From: Eledone cirrhosa
Taxonomy: Eukaryota
Assembly: GCA_964016885.1 (NCBI GenBank)
Contig: OZ024745.1
Location: 108,748,001 to 108,812,000, forward strand
Length of the DNA: 64,000 bases
Direction: 5' to 3'
Part shown: positions 25,262 to 37,339 of the stretch, one piece after another
Layout of the letters: each line of letters starts with the position of its first letter
How positions within the stretch are numbered: position 1 is the first letter of the stretch
Made by a program: the position numbers and the translations under genes
Notes under the pieces: model-generated
The model's database searches: none
Seen by the model: the letters and a program-made list of their open reading frames with translations, nothing else
Told to the model about the DNA's origin: nothing

Positions 25262-25515
25262 GTAACATGTATACCAGTACAACCTGTCTCATGGTCGGGT
25301 TGTTGGCGACTAAACTGGCAACCCCACCAAGGTTTCTTGGTGAGGAGGTTGACTTTGGACATCCTGCAGGACTAAAAACAAAACCTGTCAAAGGGTAAAG
25401 GAGCGCTTAAGAAAGAGTCAATGGAAATCCAAAATCACCGGGAGAGATGACCCCTTAACCTTTGTCAAGGCAGAATTCTAGGAGAAGGAAAACTCTGATA
25501 TAAAACCTGCAACCC
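25262..25515 (+). mobile_element. Probable LINE 5' UTR fragment (RTE-like)
   Basis: CTAGGAGAAGGAAAACTCTGA..TAAAACC motif recalled from RTE 5' UTRs. It separates the PLE from the RLE LINE. Confidence 0.35.
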
Positions 25516-25516
25516 T

Positions 25517-25846
25517 GATGGTATCCAATGATGTTGACTTGTTCTTCTTTTTGGTAAATATCATCTTGGTTAAGAGAGTGGGACTGGCTTTGTGCAGTGC
25601 CTTTGCTCACTATAAAAGCTTCACGGCACAGGCATTGCTTTATATCTGGAGACCTCTCTGCACTTGTCACATGGTACCATGGGCCCAGCACTATGTGTCA
25701 ATAATTGTCACAAGTGTAGTGTTTGTACCAGAGTTTTCAAGTCGCTGGCTGGACTAAAAAATCACACTCGTTCAGTGCATCAGTAGGGGTTCTCCTACAT
25801 GGATATAAAGTACTGGCCGTACTCGAAAACGAGTTGGCAGCCACCA
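25517..25846 (-). mobile_element. 5' end fragment of the R4/Dong-like LINE
   Basis: 25693-25846 matches 27071-27222, with the same boundary against (TATG)n. Confidence 0.75.
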
Positions 25847-25863
25847 TATGTATATGATGTACG

Positions 25864-25897
<34 letters not shown>

Positions 25898-25984
25898 TGT
25901 ATGTATGTATGTATGTATGTATGTATGTATGTATGTATATGTATGTATATGTATGTATGTATATGTAAGTATGTATGTATGTAT

Positions 25985-27222
25985 GTTCTTCTGGTTTTAT
26001 AATTTCACAAATTTGTTCCCAATAGAGAGAGAGTCGGTTTCTAACATAGACACAAGACTCTCTCATTGGAATTTACACATCAACTAGGTAGATTATGTAT
26101 GTATGTCTGCATGCGTATATATGGATGTTATTGTATGTGTGTATGTGTATGTTTTGAGTTGTATGTGTGCATGTGTATATGCTTTGTATCTGTACATGTG
26201 TATTTGCAGTTATTAGTTGCAACATTTTTGGAATGTTTTACATATTTTTACTGTTCCATTAATGGATTGTACTTGTAATTTCCTAACTAGTTGTGTTCTT
26301 TCTGTTCCTGTGAAGCCTAGCTTCTCAAGATTTGTATTGAGGCAGTTACTAACATACCCCAGTGCCCCAATAATCACAGGCATAAATCTGAAGGTGTAAT
26401 CAGGGTGGAGTATCTGCAGATTTCTCATCAGTTCTGCATAAATATTCTCCTTTTCGCTAATCTTTGATATTATATTGGCATCTGCTGGGCAGCTAATTTC
26501 CACTACTGTGCATGCTTTCTTCTCGCTGTCCCATATCATAATATCTGGTCTGTTGTGCCTGCATTTTATTGGGGTTTTTACTGGAACATTCCACCAGTAC
26601 TCTTTCATATTATGTACGTGGATGTCTTCCACATTGCTGTAGCTTTTAATGTGTTTATTATCGGAGCTATCTTTTTTACGAACTGCATTGTACAGTGTTT
26701 TGGCCACTACATCATGCCTCATAGGTAGATAGTACCGTGATGACATCTTTGGATAGCTGCTGATGACATGGATGATATCCTCGATGTTAGTTCTGCAGAG
26801 TCTACACTTGTTATCACATCTAGGTGTTTTGCCGGCATCCCTATCTCTTTTGTGAATCAGGTATTTCGTGCTAATCTCCTGTTCCTGGATTGCAAAAGCG
26901 TATCCTTCAACGTGGGAGCCAATATAGCGGTTGTTGGTCCGAGATAGACTACTTTCCTTATCTATATTACTCTCACTCTGGAGCTTCCTGGCAACATATC
27001 TATGCATGATTTTTTGCTGATAAGCATGCAGTTTTTCATCCATGGATTCACTGCGATACTGCTGAGCGCTGTGTCAATAATTGTCACAAGTGTAGTGTTT
27101 GTACCAGAGTTTTCAAGTCACTGGCTGGACTAAAAAGTCACACTCGTTCAGCGCAATGGTAGGGGTTCTCCTACATGGATATAAAGTAGTGGCTGTACTC
27201 GAAAACGAGTTGGCAGCCACCA
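25985..27222 (-). mobile_element. R4/Dong-like RLE LINE, internally deleted
   Basis: ORF 26213-27043 has AIQEQ, CRLC...H, RHD, RPDI...D...VEISCP and PVIIGALG. The RT is absent. (TATG)n on both sides. Confidence 0.88.
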
Positions 27223-27358
27223 TGTATGTATGTATGTATGTATGTATGTATGTATGTATGTATGTATGTATGTATGTATGTATGTATGTATGTATGTATA
27301 TGTATGTATGTATATGTTTGTATGTATATATGCATGTATATATATGTATGTATGTATG

Positions 27359-27390
<32 letters not shown>

Positions 27391-27718
27391 TGTATGTATA
27401 AGTATGTCTGTATGTATGCATGTATGTATGTGCGTATATATTTATGTATGGATATATGTATGCATGTATGTATATGTATGTGTGTGTGTGTGTATGTGTG
27501 TATGTTTGTGTATGTATGTATATGTATGTGTGTATATGTATGGATACGTGTGTGTATGTATATGTGTGTATATGTCAGTGAACATATGTATGCGTGTATG
27601 TATATGTGCATGTATGTATGAAGATATGCATGTATGTATGTATGAAGATATGCATGTATGTGTGTATGTATATATGCATGTGAGTGTGTGTATGTATATA
27701 TGCGTGTATGTATGTATA

Positions 27719-29031
27719 TATGCAAGCTCCATCGAAAAGATATTTGAGCTTATTTTTTTTTTGCCTGGGAAGTAATGAGGTTAGGGAGACAAAAGTCTGC
27801 AGAGTGGATCCACATACATTTTTGCGCATACATGGTATTTGCCGAGCTCGCTGGATGCATCATTCACTGTCATGTAACAAACGTGTGTGGTTGCTGTACT
27901 ACTTACTCATCACCTTTTCATTCCGCTCGAGTATCCTGAATTCCTGAATAACGTGTTTACGTGAGATGTGAGAAGGCTGTCCCACAAGGAGGACCCGGAA
28001 ACCAAAGATCAGCCATGACAGTGGAAGTATCCAATATCGCCAAGGCTCCTAAACACTACGCCAGGTCCAGATCGCCTGACGAACCGAAGCGTTGTGCATC
28101 ACGAAGACGTACGTATTTGAAGGTCAAACAGTCACCAAGGAGGATTATCTGGAAGTCCTCTAACGTCTTTCTTGATGCAGTTCGGCACAAGAGACCAGAT
28201 CGATGGGCCTGACATAACTAGCATCTGCATCATGACAACTCCCCGCCTTATTCATCACAGCTGACCCAAGGTTTCTTGGCAAAGAAAGGTATTTCACACG
28301 TTCGCCGGGCTACCTACTTCCCAGACATAGTTCCTTCTGATTTCTGGTTGTCATAGGCTAGATAAAATTTGGAAATCCAATATACCAAACAAACTTAACC
28401 CCTCTCTACCCGTTTAGAACAACAATCGAGTCTAACCTTTTCTAAGGCTCTGAGACTCTGACCTTCTATTCTACAGAGTCGTTTACATGGATGTTACACT
28501 ACACTTCTTCTGAGAAAGGCTCAGCAGACCCATCCCATTGTTAATCAGATATACGGAAAATTCCAAAAGTAAGTGCACGGCTGATTGAACGTCGTACAAG
28601 GTTTGCTGGTCGCTGCTTCCGTGCAAAAGATAAAATAGTTTCAGACCTCCCGTTGTGGGAGGTCTTCTCTACTAGAAAGCAGAGATACCAGGATACCATA
28701 GCGAGAGACACTAGAATTGACAAGGATGACCTACAGACCTTAATGAGAAACAGAGACTGTTGCTATCTTGCCTGAGGGTGATGGATAAAATAAGATAAGG
28801 TTGTCACCAAAAATGATGATATCTCAGAGAGGACATCCTACGGACTGCAATGGGGGGAACCGAGGGATATTTCAGAAGAAACACTTCAGACGCGCTTCAA
28901 AGAGTGGAGGGATCTCTGGACTATGTCTATGTGGGCACGAGGGGGCCTATTTAAAAGGAGATTAGTAACTGAACTCCACCAAGTACTTCTCTCTCAGCTT
29001 AAGGTCGGATAATCTTTCGGCAGCTCTCGTA
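27719..29031 (+). mobile_element. Mariner DNA transposon relic
   Basis: Decayed transposase QTVTKEDYLEVL, AVRHKRPD, LHHDN, YFPDIVPSDFWL (YSPDLAP-like) and a C-terminal GAYLKGD*. Degenerate TIRs next to TA. Confidence 0.85.
28354..28798 (+). mobile_element. RTE-like LINE 3' fragment nested in the mariner, 8-bp TSD
   Basis: LHGCYT, QIYGK, LIERRTRFAGRCFRAKD and LMRNRD. GGTTGTCA is duplicated at 28346-28353 and 28799-28806. Confidence 0.8.
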
Positions 29032-29048
29032 TATATGTTTGTATGTAT

Positions 29049-29094
<46 letters not shown>

Positions 29095-29230
29095 TGTATA
29101 TAGTGAAAACTTGGACAGGAACAAAAACAGAGAGGCAGTACAAATAAAAGTTTATTAGGTTCACGCTCTTGAGTGTGTGTATATATATATATACATACAC
29201 ACACATACATTTATATATACATACATACAT

Positions 29231-29304
29231 AGAAGAAGAAGAAGAAGAAGAAGAAGAAGAAGAAGAAGAAGAAGAAGAAGAAGAAGAAGAAGAAGAAGAA
29301 GAAG
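29231..29304. repeat. (GAA)n microsatellite
   Basis: Direct inspection. Confidence 0.97.
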
Positions 29305-29329
29305 CTATTCTACACTCTTTTCCAACATT

Positions 29330-29368
<39 letters not shown>

Positions 29369-29524
29369 TCCATTCAGTTCCTCTGTAAGTCGTTTACACT
29401 GTGTATATAAATATATTTTATTGCGTGTGTGTGTGTGTATATGAGGAGGGGGTAAGACGTATGTATCTATATATTTACATTTAGTATATGTCTTTATATG
29501 TGAATGTTTAATATGTGTGGATGT

Positions 29525-31108
29525 GCATGTGTATGTGAAAGTGGCTGTGCAATTGTGAATGTGTATGTGTATGTGTATATATATGTGAAAGTGGCTGTGC
29601 AATTGTGTATGTGTATGTATATGTGAAAGTTGGTGTACAGTTGTGTGTGTGTATGTGTATGTGAAAGTGGGTGTGCAGTTGTGTATGTGTATGTGTATGT
29701 GAAAGTTGGTGTACAGTTGTGTGTGTGTATGTGTATGTGAAAGTGGCTGTGCAATTGTGTATGTGTATGTGTATGTGAAAGTTGGTGTACAGTTGTGTGT
29801 GTGTATGTGTATGTGAATGTGGGTGTGCAGTTGTGTGTGTGTATGTGTATGTGAAAGTTGGTGTACAGTTGTGTGTGTGTGTATGTGTATGTGAAAGTGG
29901 GTGTGCAATTGTGTGTGTGTATGTGTATGTGAAAGTGGCTGTGCAATTGTGTATGTGTATGTATATGTGAAAGTTGGTGTACAGTTGTGTGTGTGTATGT
30001 GTATGTGAAAGAGGCTGTGCAATTGTGTGTGTGTATATGTATGTGAAAGTGGCTGTGCAATTGTGTATGTGTATGTGTATGTGAAAGTGGGTGTGCAATT
30101 GTGTATGTGTATGTGTATGTGAAAGTTGGTGTACAGTTGTGTGTGTGTATGTGTATGTGAAAGTGGGTGTGCAGTTGTGTGTGTGTATGTGTATGTGAAA
30201 GTGGGTGTGCAATTGTGTATGTGTATGTATATGTGAAAGTGGGTGTGCATTTGTGTGTGTGTATGCATATGTGAAAGTGGCTGTGCAATTATGTATGTGT
30301 ATGTATATATATAATTGAAAGTGGCTGTGCAATTGTGTGTGTATATATATATATGTGAAAGAGGCTGTGCAATTGTGTGTGTGTATATGTATGTGAAAGT
30401 GGCTGTGCAATTGTGTATGTGTATGTGTATGTGAAAGTGGCTGTGCAATTGTGTGTGTGTATATGTATGTGAAAGTGGCTGTGCAATTGTGTGTGTGTAT
30501 ATGTATGTGAAAGTGGCTGTGCAATTGTGTGTGTGTATATGTATGTGAAAGTGGCTGTGCAATTGTGTATGTGTATGTATATATATATGTGAAAGAGGCT
30601 GTGCAATTGTGTGTGTGTATATATATGTGAAAGTGGCTGTGCAATTGTGTATGTGTATGTATATATATATATATATGTGAAAGTGGGTGTGCAGTTGTGT
30701 ATGTGTATGTATATATATATATGTGAAAGAGGTTGTGCAATTGTGTGTGTATATGTGTATGCGAAAGTGGGTATGCAGTTGTGTATATATATGTGAAAGT
30801 GGGTGTGCAGTTGTGTATGTGTATGTGAAAGTGGCTGTGCAATTGTATATGTGTATGTGTATGTGAAAATGGCTGTGCAATTGTGTATGTGTATGTGAAA
30901 GTGGCTGTGCAATTGTGTATGTGTATGTATATATATGTGTGAAAGAGGCTGTGCAATTGTGTGTGTATATGTGTATGTGAAAGTGGGTATGAAGTTGTGT
31001 ATATATATCTGAAAGTGGGTGTGCAGTTGTGTATGTGTATGTGAAAGTGGGTGTGCAGTTGTGTATGTGTGTGTATATGTGAAAGTGGGTGTGCAATTGT
31101 GTGTGTGT
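29525..31108. repeat. About 40-bp minisatellite: GTGAAAGTGGCTGTGCAATT core plus variable GT/AT spacer
   Basis: Dozens of units with core variants GTTGGTGTACAGTT, GTGGGTGTGCAGTT and GAGGCTGTGCAATT. Confidence 0.95.
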
Positions 31109-31512
31109 GAGCGTTAATGTTTATCCATAGGTTTATGATGATGTTTTTTTTTTTTAATACGGACGTATAAGTGTATGTATATGTGTAAGAAACGTATATA
31201 TGCGTATGTGTTTATACATGTATGGAGTATTTGTGCGGGTGTAGATACGTTTGTGTGTATGAATATATGTGTGTGATAGTGATAGTGTTTCGTTTCCTGT
31301 ATGGAGATGTGTACGCGTGTGTATAAGAATTGCTTATGTAGCTATGTATGTACGTGTATGCAGGTATTATATCTATGCATGTGTATGTATAGGAAAAAAC
31401 TATATGCAGAATTGTTCGTATTGTGTGTTTGTTGTGTACGCCGAGACGATGCTTATGTAGATATTTTAATGTGTGTGTTAAGAAATGTGTATGCAAATAT
31501 GTTGGCGTGAAG

Positions 31513-31554
<42 letters not shown>

Positions 31555-31684
31555 ATTGAAATATGTCAATACGTAAGTGTCTGTTGGTAAATGTGGTTAT
31601 TTTCGTGTGTAGATGTGTTTGTGTGAATGTATGTGTCTATGTGGTGTTATTTATATAAGGATATATATATACATTTATATAACT

Positions 31685-31832
31685 ATGCTTTCTAGCATAG
31701 TTACGTCCCTTTATGATCTGAGTTCAAATCCAGCCGAGGTTAATTTTTGCCTTTCATCCTTACGGGGTCGATAAAATAAAGTACCAGTAATTTACTGGGT
31801 TATTGCTGGCCTTGTGCCAAAAGTAGAAACAG
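31685..31832 (+). mobile_element. SINE family A, 5'-truncated
   Basis: B box and core present. Confidence 0.85.
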
Positions 31833-32123
31833 TTATTTATATAAGGCTATATGAGCATGTGTACTCGCTTGTGTGCATATGTGTATGTATAAGAGATATA
31901 CTGATATATTAGTATGTATATATACACGGGATGGATGTATATGTGAATGGATGTTGTAGAGAAGGTGTGTGTGTGTGTGTGTGTGTGTGTGTCTGTGTGT
32001 GTGATATAATAGAAACTTTAACGGTGTGTGTGTGTGTGTGTGTGTATGTGTGTGTGTTTAAAAATGTTTAAATGCGATGTATGAGTGTGAATGTAATTTT
32101 TAAAGGTGTATTTTGAGTGTTTG

Positions 32124-32160
<37 letters not shown>

Positions 32161-32283
32161 ATATACACACACACATATATATATATATATATGTATATAT
32201 ATACATCTTTCTGTTTATGTGGGATAACTTTAAAATGTATTTAAGCGTATGTCTGTTAGTGTATTTATGTGCATAGGGACTGG

Positions 32284-32374
<91 letters not shown>

Positions 32375-32377
<3 letters not shown>

Positions 32378-32581
32378 GGAAAATGTTCAAGACCCTGGCG
32401 GCAGAGCTCAAGCCGTTTCGACTGCTATTTATGGACAGAAATAGTCCAGAAATAGCCGTCGAAACGGCTTGAGCTCTGCCGTCGGGGTCTTGAACATTTT
32501 CCTATTATCCACTCTACTACCCTAAGTATTGAGTACTCTGGTGCGTTATGGTCCACCTGGTTCCTTACCACACTTCCTTCG

Positions 32582-32583
<2 letters not shown>
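32375..32583 (+). mobile_element. 'GGGGTC' half-hammerhead element with inverted 5' duplication
   Basis: 32375-32435 is inverted against 32443-32505, followed by the family tail. (TA)n on both sides. Confidence 0.8.
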
Positions 32584-32616
<33 letters not shown>

Positions 32617-32897
32617 TGTGTGTGTGTGTGTGTGTGTGAGTGTATGTGTGTGTGTGTGTTTGCGCATGGTGTTTTAAAGATGTATTAACGCGTGAGTATG
32701 TGTGTATATATGCATATATCAGTGTATGTGTTGGTTTAAAGATACATTTATGTTTGTGTGCGTGTGTATGACAGTTTAAAGATGAATATGTATTTGTACG
32801 TTATGAAGTTATGCAATTGTACCTAAGTGTATATATATATATATTTATATATATATGTTTATGATATACATATATATGTGTGAGAGAGTGTGTCTGT

Positions 32898-32972
<75 letters not shown>

Positions 32973-33218
32973 AGTGTGTGTCAGTGTGTTTGTGTGTCAG
33001 TATGTATGTAGGTGTGTCAATTTAATTGCGCCAGTAATTGCACTCGTACGCATGTATATATGTATGCATAATTATATATATTTGTATATGTCGGTGGGTA
33101 TGTGTATACAGGTGCACATGAGGGTGTATATATATATATATATATATATATCTCTCTATATATATATATATGTATATATATATGCACATACTAAAAAAAA
33201 AGTCTATAGTCTGTAAGC

Positions 33219-33479
33219 CAGAAGGCTCATTTGGCCGGTGCTTATCCCGGTTTCATGGCGTGAAGTGACTGAGAATACAAGACTCCCCCTGGACAGGACG
33301 CCAGTCCATCGCAGGGTTAAACCTCCAGCTATTGCTGGCACTCATTTTCAGCTGAGTATACTGGAGCAACGTGAAATGAAGTGTTTTGCTCAAGAACACA
33401 TCACGTAACCCAGGAATCGAGCCCCCGACATTCTGATCGTAAGTCCAACACCCTTACCACTAGGCCACGTACCTCCACT
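33219..33479 (-). mobile_element. tRNA-derived CORE-type SINE, family B
   Basis: Minus strand TGGCCTAGTGG A box, GCTCGATTCC B box, then GTGTTCTTGAGCAAAACACTT...CTCAGCTG core. Other copies at 58396-58505 and 63071-63361. Confidence 0.85.
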
Positions 33480-33506
33480 TATGCACATACATACATATAT
33501 ATATAT

Positions 33507-33538
<32 letters not shown>

Positions 33539-33770
33539 ATACATATATATACACATACATATATATATATATACATATATATATACACATACATATATAT
33601 ATATATATACATACATATATATACACATACATATATATATATATACATACATATATATACACATACATACATATATATATATACATACATATATATACAC
33701 ATACATACATATATATATACATACATATATATACACATACATATATATATATACATACATACATATATAT

Positions 33771-33841
<71 letters not shown>

Positions 33842-34104
33842 AGTAGAAGGGGTATTTAATTTGTTGGAAGTCCGACAAACATAAATGTTTATAACTGATT
33901 TAGAGCACTCAACAGTTTACTGGAGTAAATATTCAATGATATTAAATAAATGGAAATTATATTTATAAAACCATATTTATTTTATTATATATATTTCTAG
34001 GGTACCAAAACAACATTGGTACGCTTTCATTCACTATCCAGTGAATTTCCAACCGATAAGGTATGATTTTCATGGGTATATCTCTATTTATAAAATAAAC
34101 TTTA

Positions 34105-34168
34105 TATTTTATCTGATGAAAGCGTACCAATGTTGTCTTGGTACCCTAGAAATATATATAATAAAATA
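34105..34168 (+). ncRNA. Type I hammerhead; inverted copy at 33935-34030 is truncated inside the core
   Basis: TATTTTAT CTGATGA aagc GTACCAA-tgttgtc-TTGGTAC ccta GAAA TATATA TA ATAAAATA. Confidence 0.85.
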
Positions 34169-34210
34169 AATATGCTTTTATAAATATAATTTCCATTTAT
34201 TTAATATCAT

Positions 34211-34278
<68 letters not shown>

Positions 34279-34604
34279 CATACATATATATGTGTGTGTG
34301 TGTGTGTGTGTAGATGCGCATGCGCGGATGTGTACATGTACGAGTGCGTCAGTGACAAGACGTCCTTCAATACAAACACGTCAGATCCAGCTTATCAGCT
34401 ACGTTACATGTGTTACCAATGTGATTGGCATATGATGAGCATCAACTGAGATGTTAGATGTGCAAGCAGTCTTCATACATGCATACTCCCATTATGGGAG
34501 GATTGGCAGTATCGGTAGAGGGTCGGACGACACCATGCTTTGCAGCATAAAGTTTCGGCCCTTTACGATATGAGTTCAAATCCTTATAGATATATATATA
34601 TATA

Positions 34605-34868
34605 TTCCAGGGCGGGTAAAATTCCCGAGATCCATGGACGAGTTCTCTCCAGCGGTCTCTGTCCCTCATTATCGCTGCCATGTCCTGCGTCTCCAACAGA
34701 CCAGTGTCTGTCCTTAGGGCATCAACATACGTTAACCTTGGTCTTCCTCTTCCAGTGTGTGTTCAGGATGAAAAACTCAGAGCTGTATGGGAGCCTCCCA
34801 AAAGTCAGCTCAAAAGTGACACAGAGGAGACTGAGGTTAGCTGGACATGCTCACCGGCATCCAGAGTT

Positions 34869-34870
<2 letters not shown>
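34605..34870. mobile_element. RTE-like LINE 3' end with 5' inversion
   Basis: Plus 34768-34870 reads ELYGSLPKVSSKVTQRRLRLAGHAHRHPEL. Minus 34767-34605 reads GRGRPRLTYVDALRTDTG...MRDRDRWRELV. Confidence 0.8.
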
Positions 34871-34939
<69 letters not shown>

Positions 34940-35089
34940 ATACTTTGGGAGAGTCATGTTGCCAATAAGAAACACACGCACCAGTTGCTTTCACTACAAT
35001 TTATTATAATAAATTTATAAATTTAGGAATTTATAAATTTCCGGTTGGTTGGTTGGTTGGTTCCACAACCAGATGGTTGTTTATATATT

Positions 35090-35132
35090 GCCAAAGTTCT
35101 TTCGTCACACATTCTGCGACCTCTTCAGTGAC
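35090..35132 (-). ncRNA. Type I hammerhead, unit 1
   Basis: GTCA CTGAAGA G GTCGCA-gaatg-TGTGAC GAAA GAAC TT TGGC. Confidence 0.7.
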
Positions 35133-35222
35133 TGGGGATTCTTTTCTTTGTTTTTGTGCCTCTCCTTTGTTGTGTCCTACGCCATCTTATTTTTGTGTGT
35201 GTGTTGAACACACACAGAAACG

Positions 35223-35266
<44 letters not shown>

Positions 35267-35416
35267 ATACTTTGGGAGAGTCATGTTGCCAATAAGAAAC
35301 ACACGCACCAGTTGCTTTCACTACAATTTATTATAATAAATTTATAAATTTAGGAATTTATAAATTTCCGGTTGGTTGGTTGGTTGGTTCCACAACCAGA
35401 TGGTTGTTTATATATT

Positions 35417-35459
35417 GTCAAAGTTCTTTCGTCACACATTCTGCGACCTCTTCAGTGAC
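35417..35459 (-). ncRNA. Type I hammerhead, unit 2
   Basis: GTCA CTGAAGA G GTCGCA-gaatg-TGTGAC GAAA GAAC TT TGAC. Confidence 0.75.
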
Positions 35460-35549
35460 TGGGGATTCTTTTCTTTGTTTTTGTGCCTCTCCTTTGTTGT
35501 GTCCTACGCCATCTTATTTTTTTGTGTGTGTTGAACACACACAGAAACG

Positions 35550-35593
<44 letters not shown>

Positions 35594-35743
35594 ATACTTT
35601 GGGAGAGTCATGTTGCCAATAAGAAACACACGCACCAGTTGCTTTCACTACAATTTATTATAATAAATTTATAAATTTAGGAATTTATAAATTTCCGGTT
35701 GGTTGGTTGGTTGGTTCCACAACCAGATGGTTGTTTATATATT

Positions 35744-35786
35744 GTCAAAGTTCTTTCGTCACACATTCTGCGACCTCTTCAGTGAC
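35744..35786 (-). ncRNA. Type I hammerhead, unit 3
   Basis: Identical to unit 2. Confidence 0.75.
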
Positions 35787-35876
35787 TGGGGATTCTTTTC
35801 TTTGTTTTTGTGCCTCTCCTTTGTTGTGTCCTACGCCATCTTGTTTTTGTGTGTGTGTTGAACACACACAGAAACG

Positions 35877-35934
<58 letters not shown>

Positions 35935-36126
35935 TATATATATATAATATATATATATATATATGAATATATATACGAAATTCACAGGGTATAAAAAGAA
36001 AAATTCTTTATAACGAGATCAACCGAAAATTCTTTATAACGAGATCAACCGAAACAAATCGAGCATTAAAAAAATGTCGTTATACTTAACATCGTTTCTA
36101 TATAACTTTGTTTTGTCCTGATCTAT

Positions 36127-36600
36127 GTGGATTGGCAGTATAGGTAGAGGGTCGGACGCCATGTTTGCCGCAAAGAGTTACGGCCCTTTATGGTCTGAGT
36201 TCAAATCCCGCCGAGATTAACTTTGCCTTTCATCCTTACGGGGGTCGATAAAATAAAGTACCAGTAATACACTGGGATAATTGCTGGCCTTGTGCCAAAA
36301 GTAGAAACAATTATAACGTATTATAACGTATTATAACGTCTGCTGTATTATATGTACAGAGAGAGAGAGACCTTATGGCTAATGACGTATTCTTCTAAAT
36401 GTACGCGACGGATTTGGCAGAATTAATACAGTGACGTAGGCGGCGAATTGGCAGAGATATTAGAACGTCGGATAGAATGCTTTATGGCATTTGTTCCAGC
36501 TCTCTGCTTTCTGAGTTCAAATCCTACCGAGGTCAACTTTGCCTTTCATCCTTTCAAGGTCGATAAAAAGAAAGTACCAGTCTAGTACTGGGGTCGATTC
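36127..36600 (+). mobile_element. Two SINE family A-type copies (36127-36312 and 36440-36600)
   Basis: A/B boxes and core. Confidence 0.85.
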
Positions 36601-36653
36601 TTCCTCTATAACTCTTTCTCGTTTCCTCCCTCTCTCTCTCTGTCTCTCTCCCC

Positions 36654-36685
<32 letters not shown>

Positions 36686-36686
36686 A

Positions 36687-37170
36687 GCCATGACGAAAGA
36701 GGTTGTATGGTGGACGCGTCTAAAAGGACTGAGGTCAGACACCTTTCTCTCTGGCTAACAACTGGTCCGTTTCTTCCGATATCATTTCGGAAGAAGGATC
36801 AGGATGGAGAGAGAGGTGCTGCACCCCAGCCGTTTTTTATGAAAGATGGGTGAAAGTGGCGAGAATGGCCCGTGTGAATGGACCTTCCCTCTACATCAGA
36901 CTATAGGTGAGGAAGATGAAAGACAAAGGGAGCACCCCTTCTCTGTGCTCCTGAGGAGAAGGGTTGCACACTTTTTTTCGGGGGTGTGTGCGACCCCCCC
37001 AAGGCGCCTCCTCTCTATTGAGGATTTTGTTATAAATTTTATCTTGTTATATTTTATTTTATTTTCATATTTTGTTATTGCCTCCTCCTTATTGAGGACG
37101 CCTTGTTATGTAAACTCCCTCCATTGTACTTGTCCCACTTTTTGATGCCCTGGTGGCAAATAAAAAGAAA
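36687..37170 (+). mobile_element. Tx1-like LINE 3' fragment
   Basis: Matches the WWTRLKGL...ARVNGPSL region and the GTGGCAAATAAAAAG end. Confidence 0.85.
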
Positions 37171-37339
37171 ATTATCTTTCTCTGGAAGAAATCTGCTGTA
37201 CTCAGGCCTGGAGAAGGGTGGGGCTCCACCAGGCTTAAAATGTTTGTTCAAGAAACGCCGTATGTCAATATGGCACCTTACAACTCTATCGGGAGTTACG
37301 AGACCAAGGAAGGAAGGAATACAGTGACATACAATGTGG

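Larger units (their letters stand above)
34935..35879 (-). repeat. Three tandem 327-bp units, each with a type I hammerhead (retrozyme / pLTR-like array)
   Basis: Exact 327-bp period (matching ORF starts at 35053, 35380, 35707). Units are joined by (TA)n. Confidence 0.93.

Noticed and set aside
27085-27150. CTGAACGA...GAAA in the R4-like 5' end
   Set aside because: Extra core nucleotide and no stem I or III pairing.
29525-31108. CRISPR-like repeat/spacer appearance
   Set aside because: Spacers are microsatellite, there are no cas genes and the context is eukaryotic.
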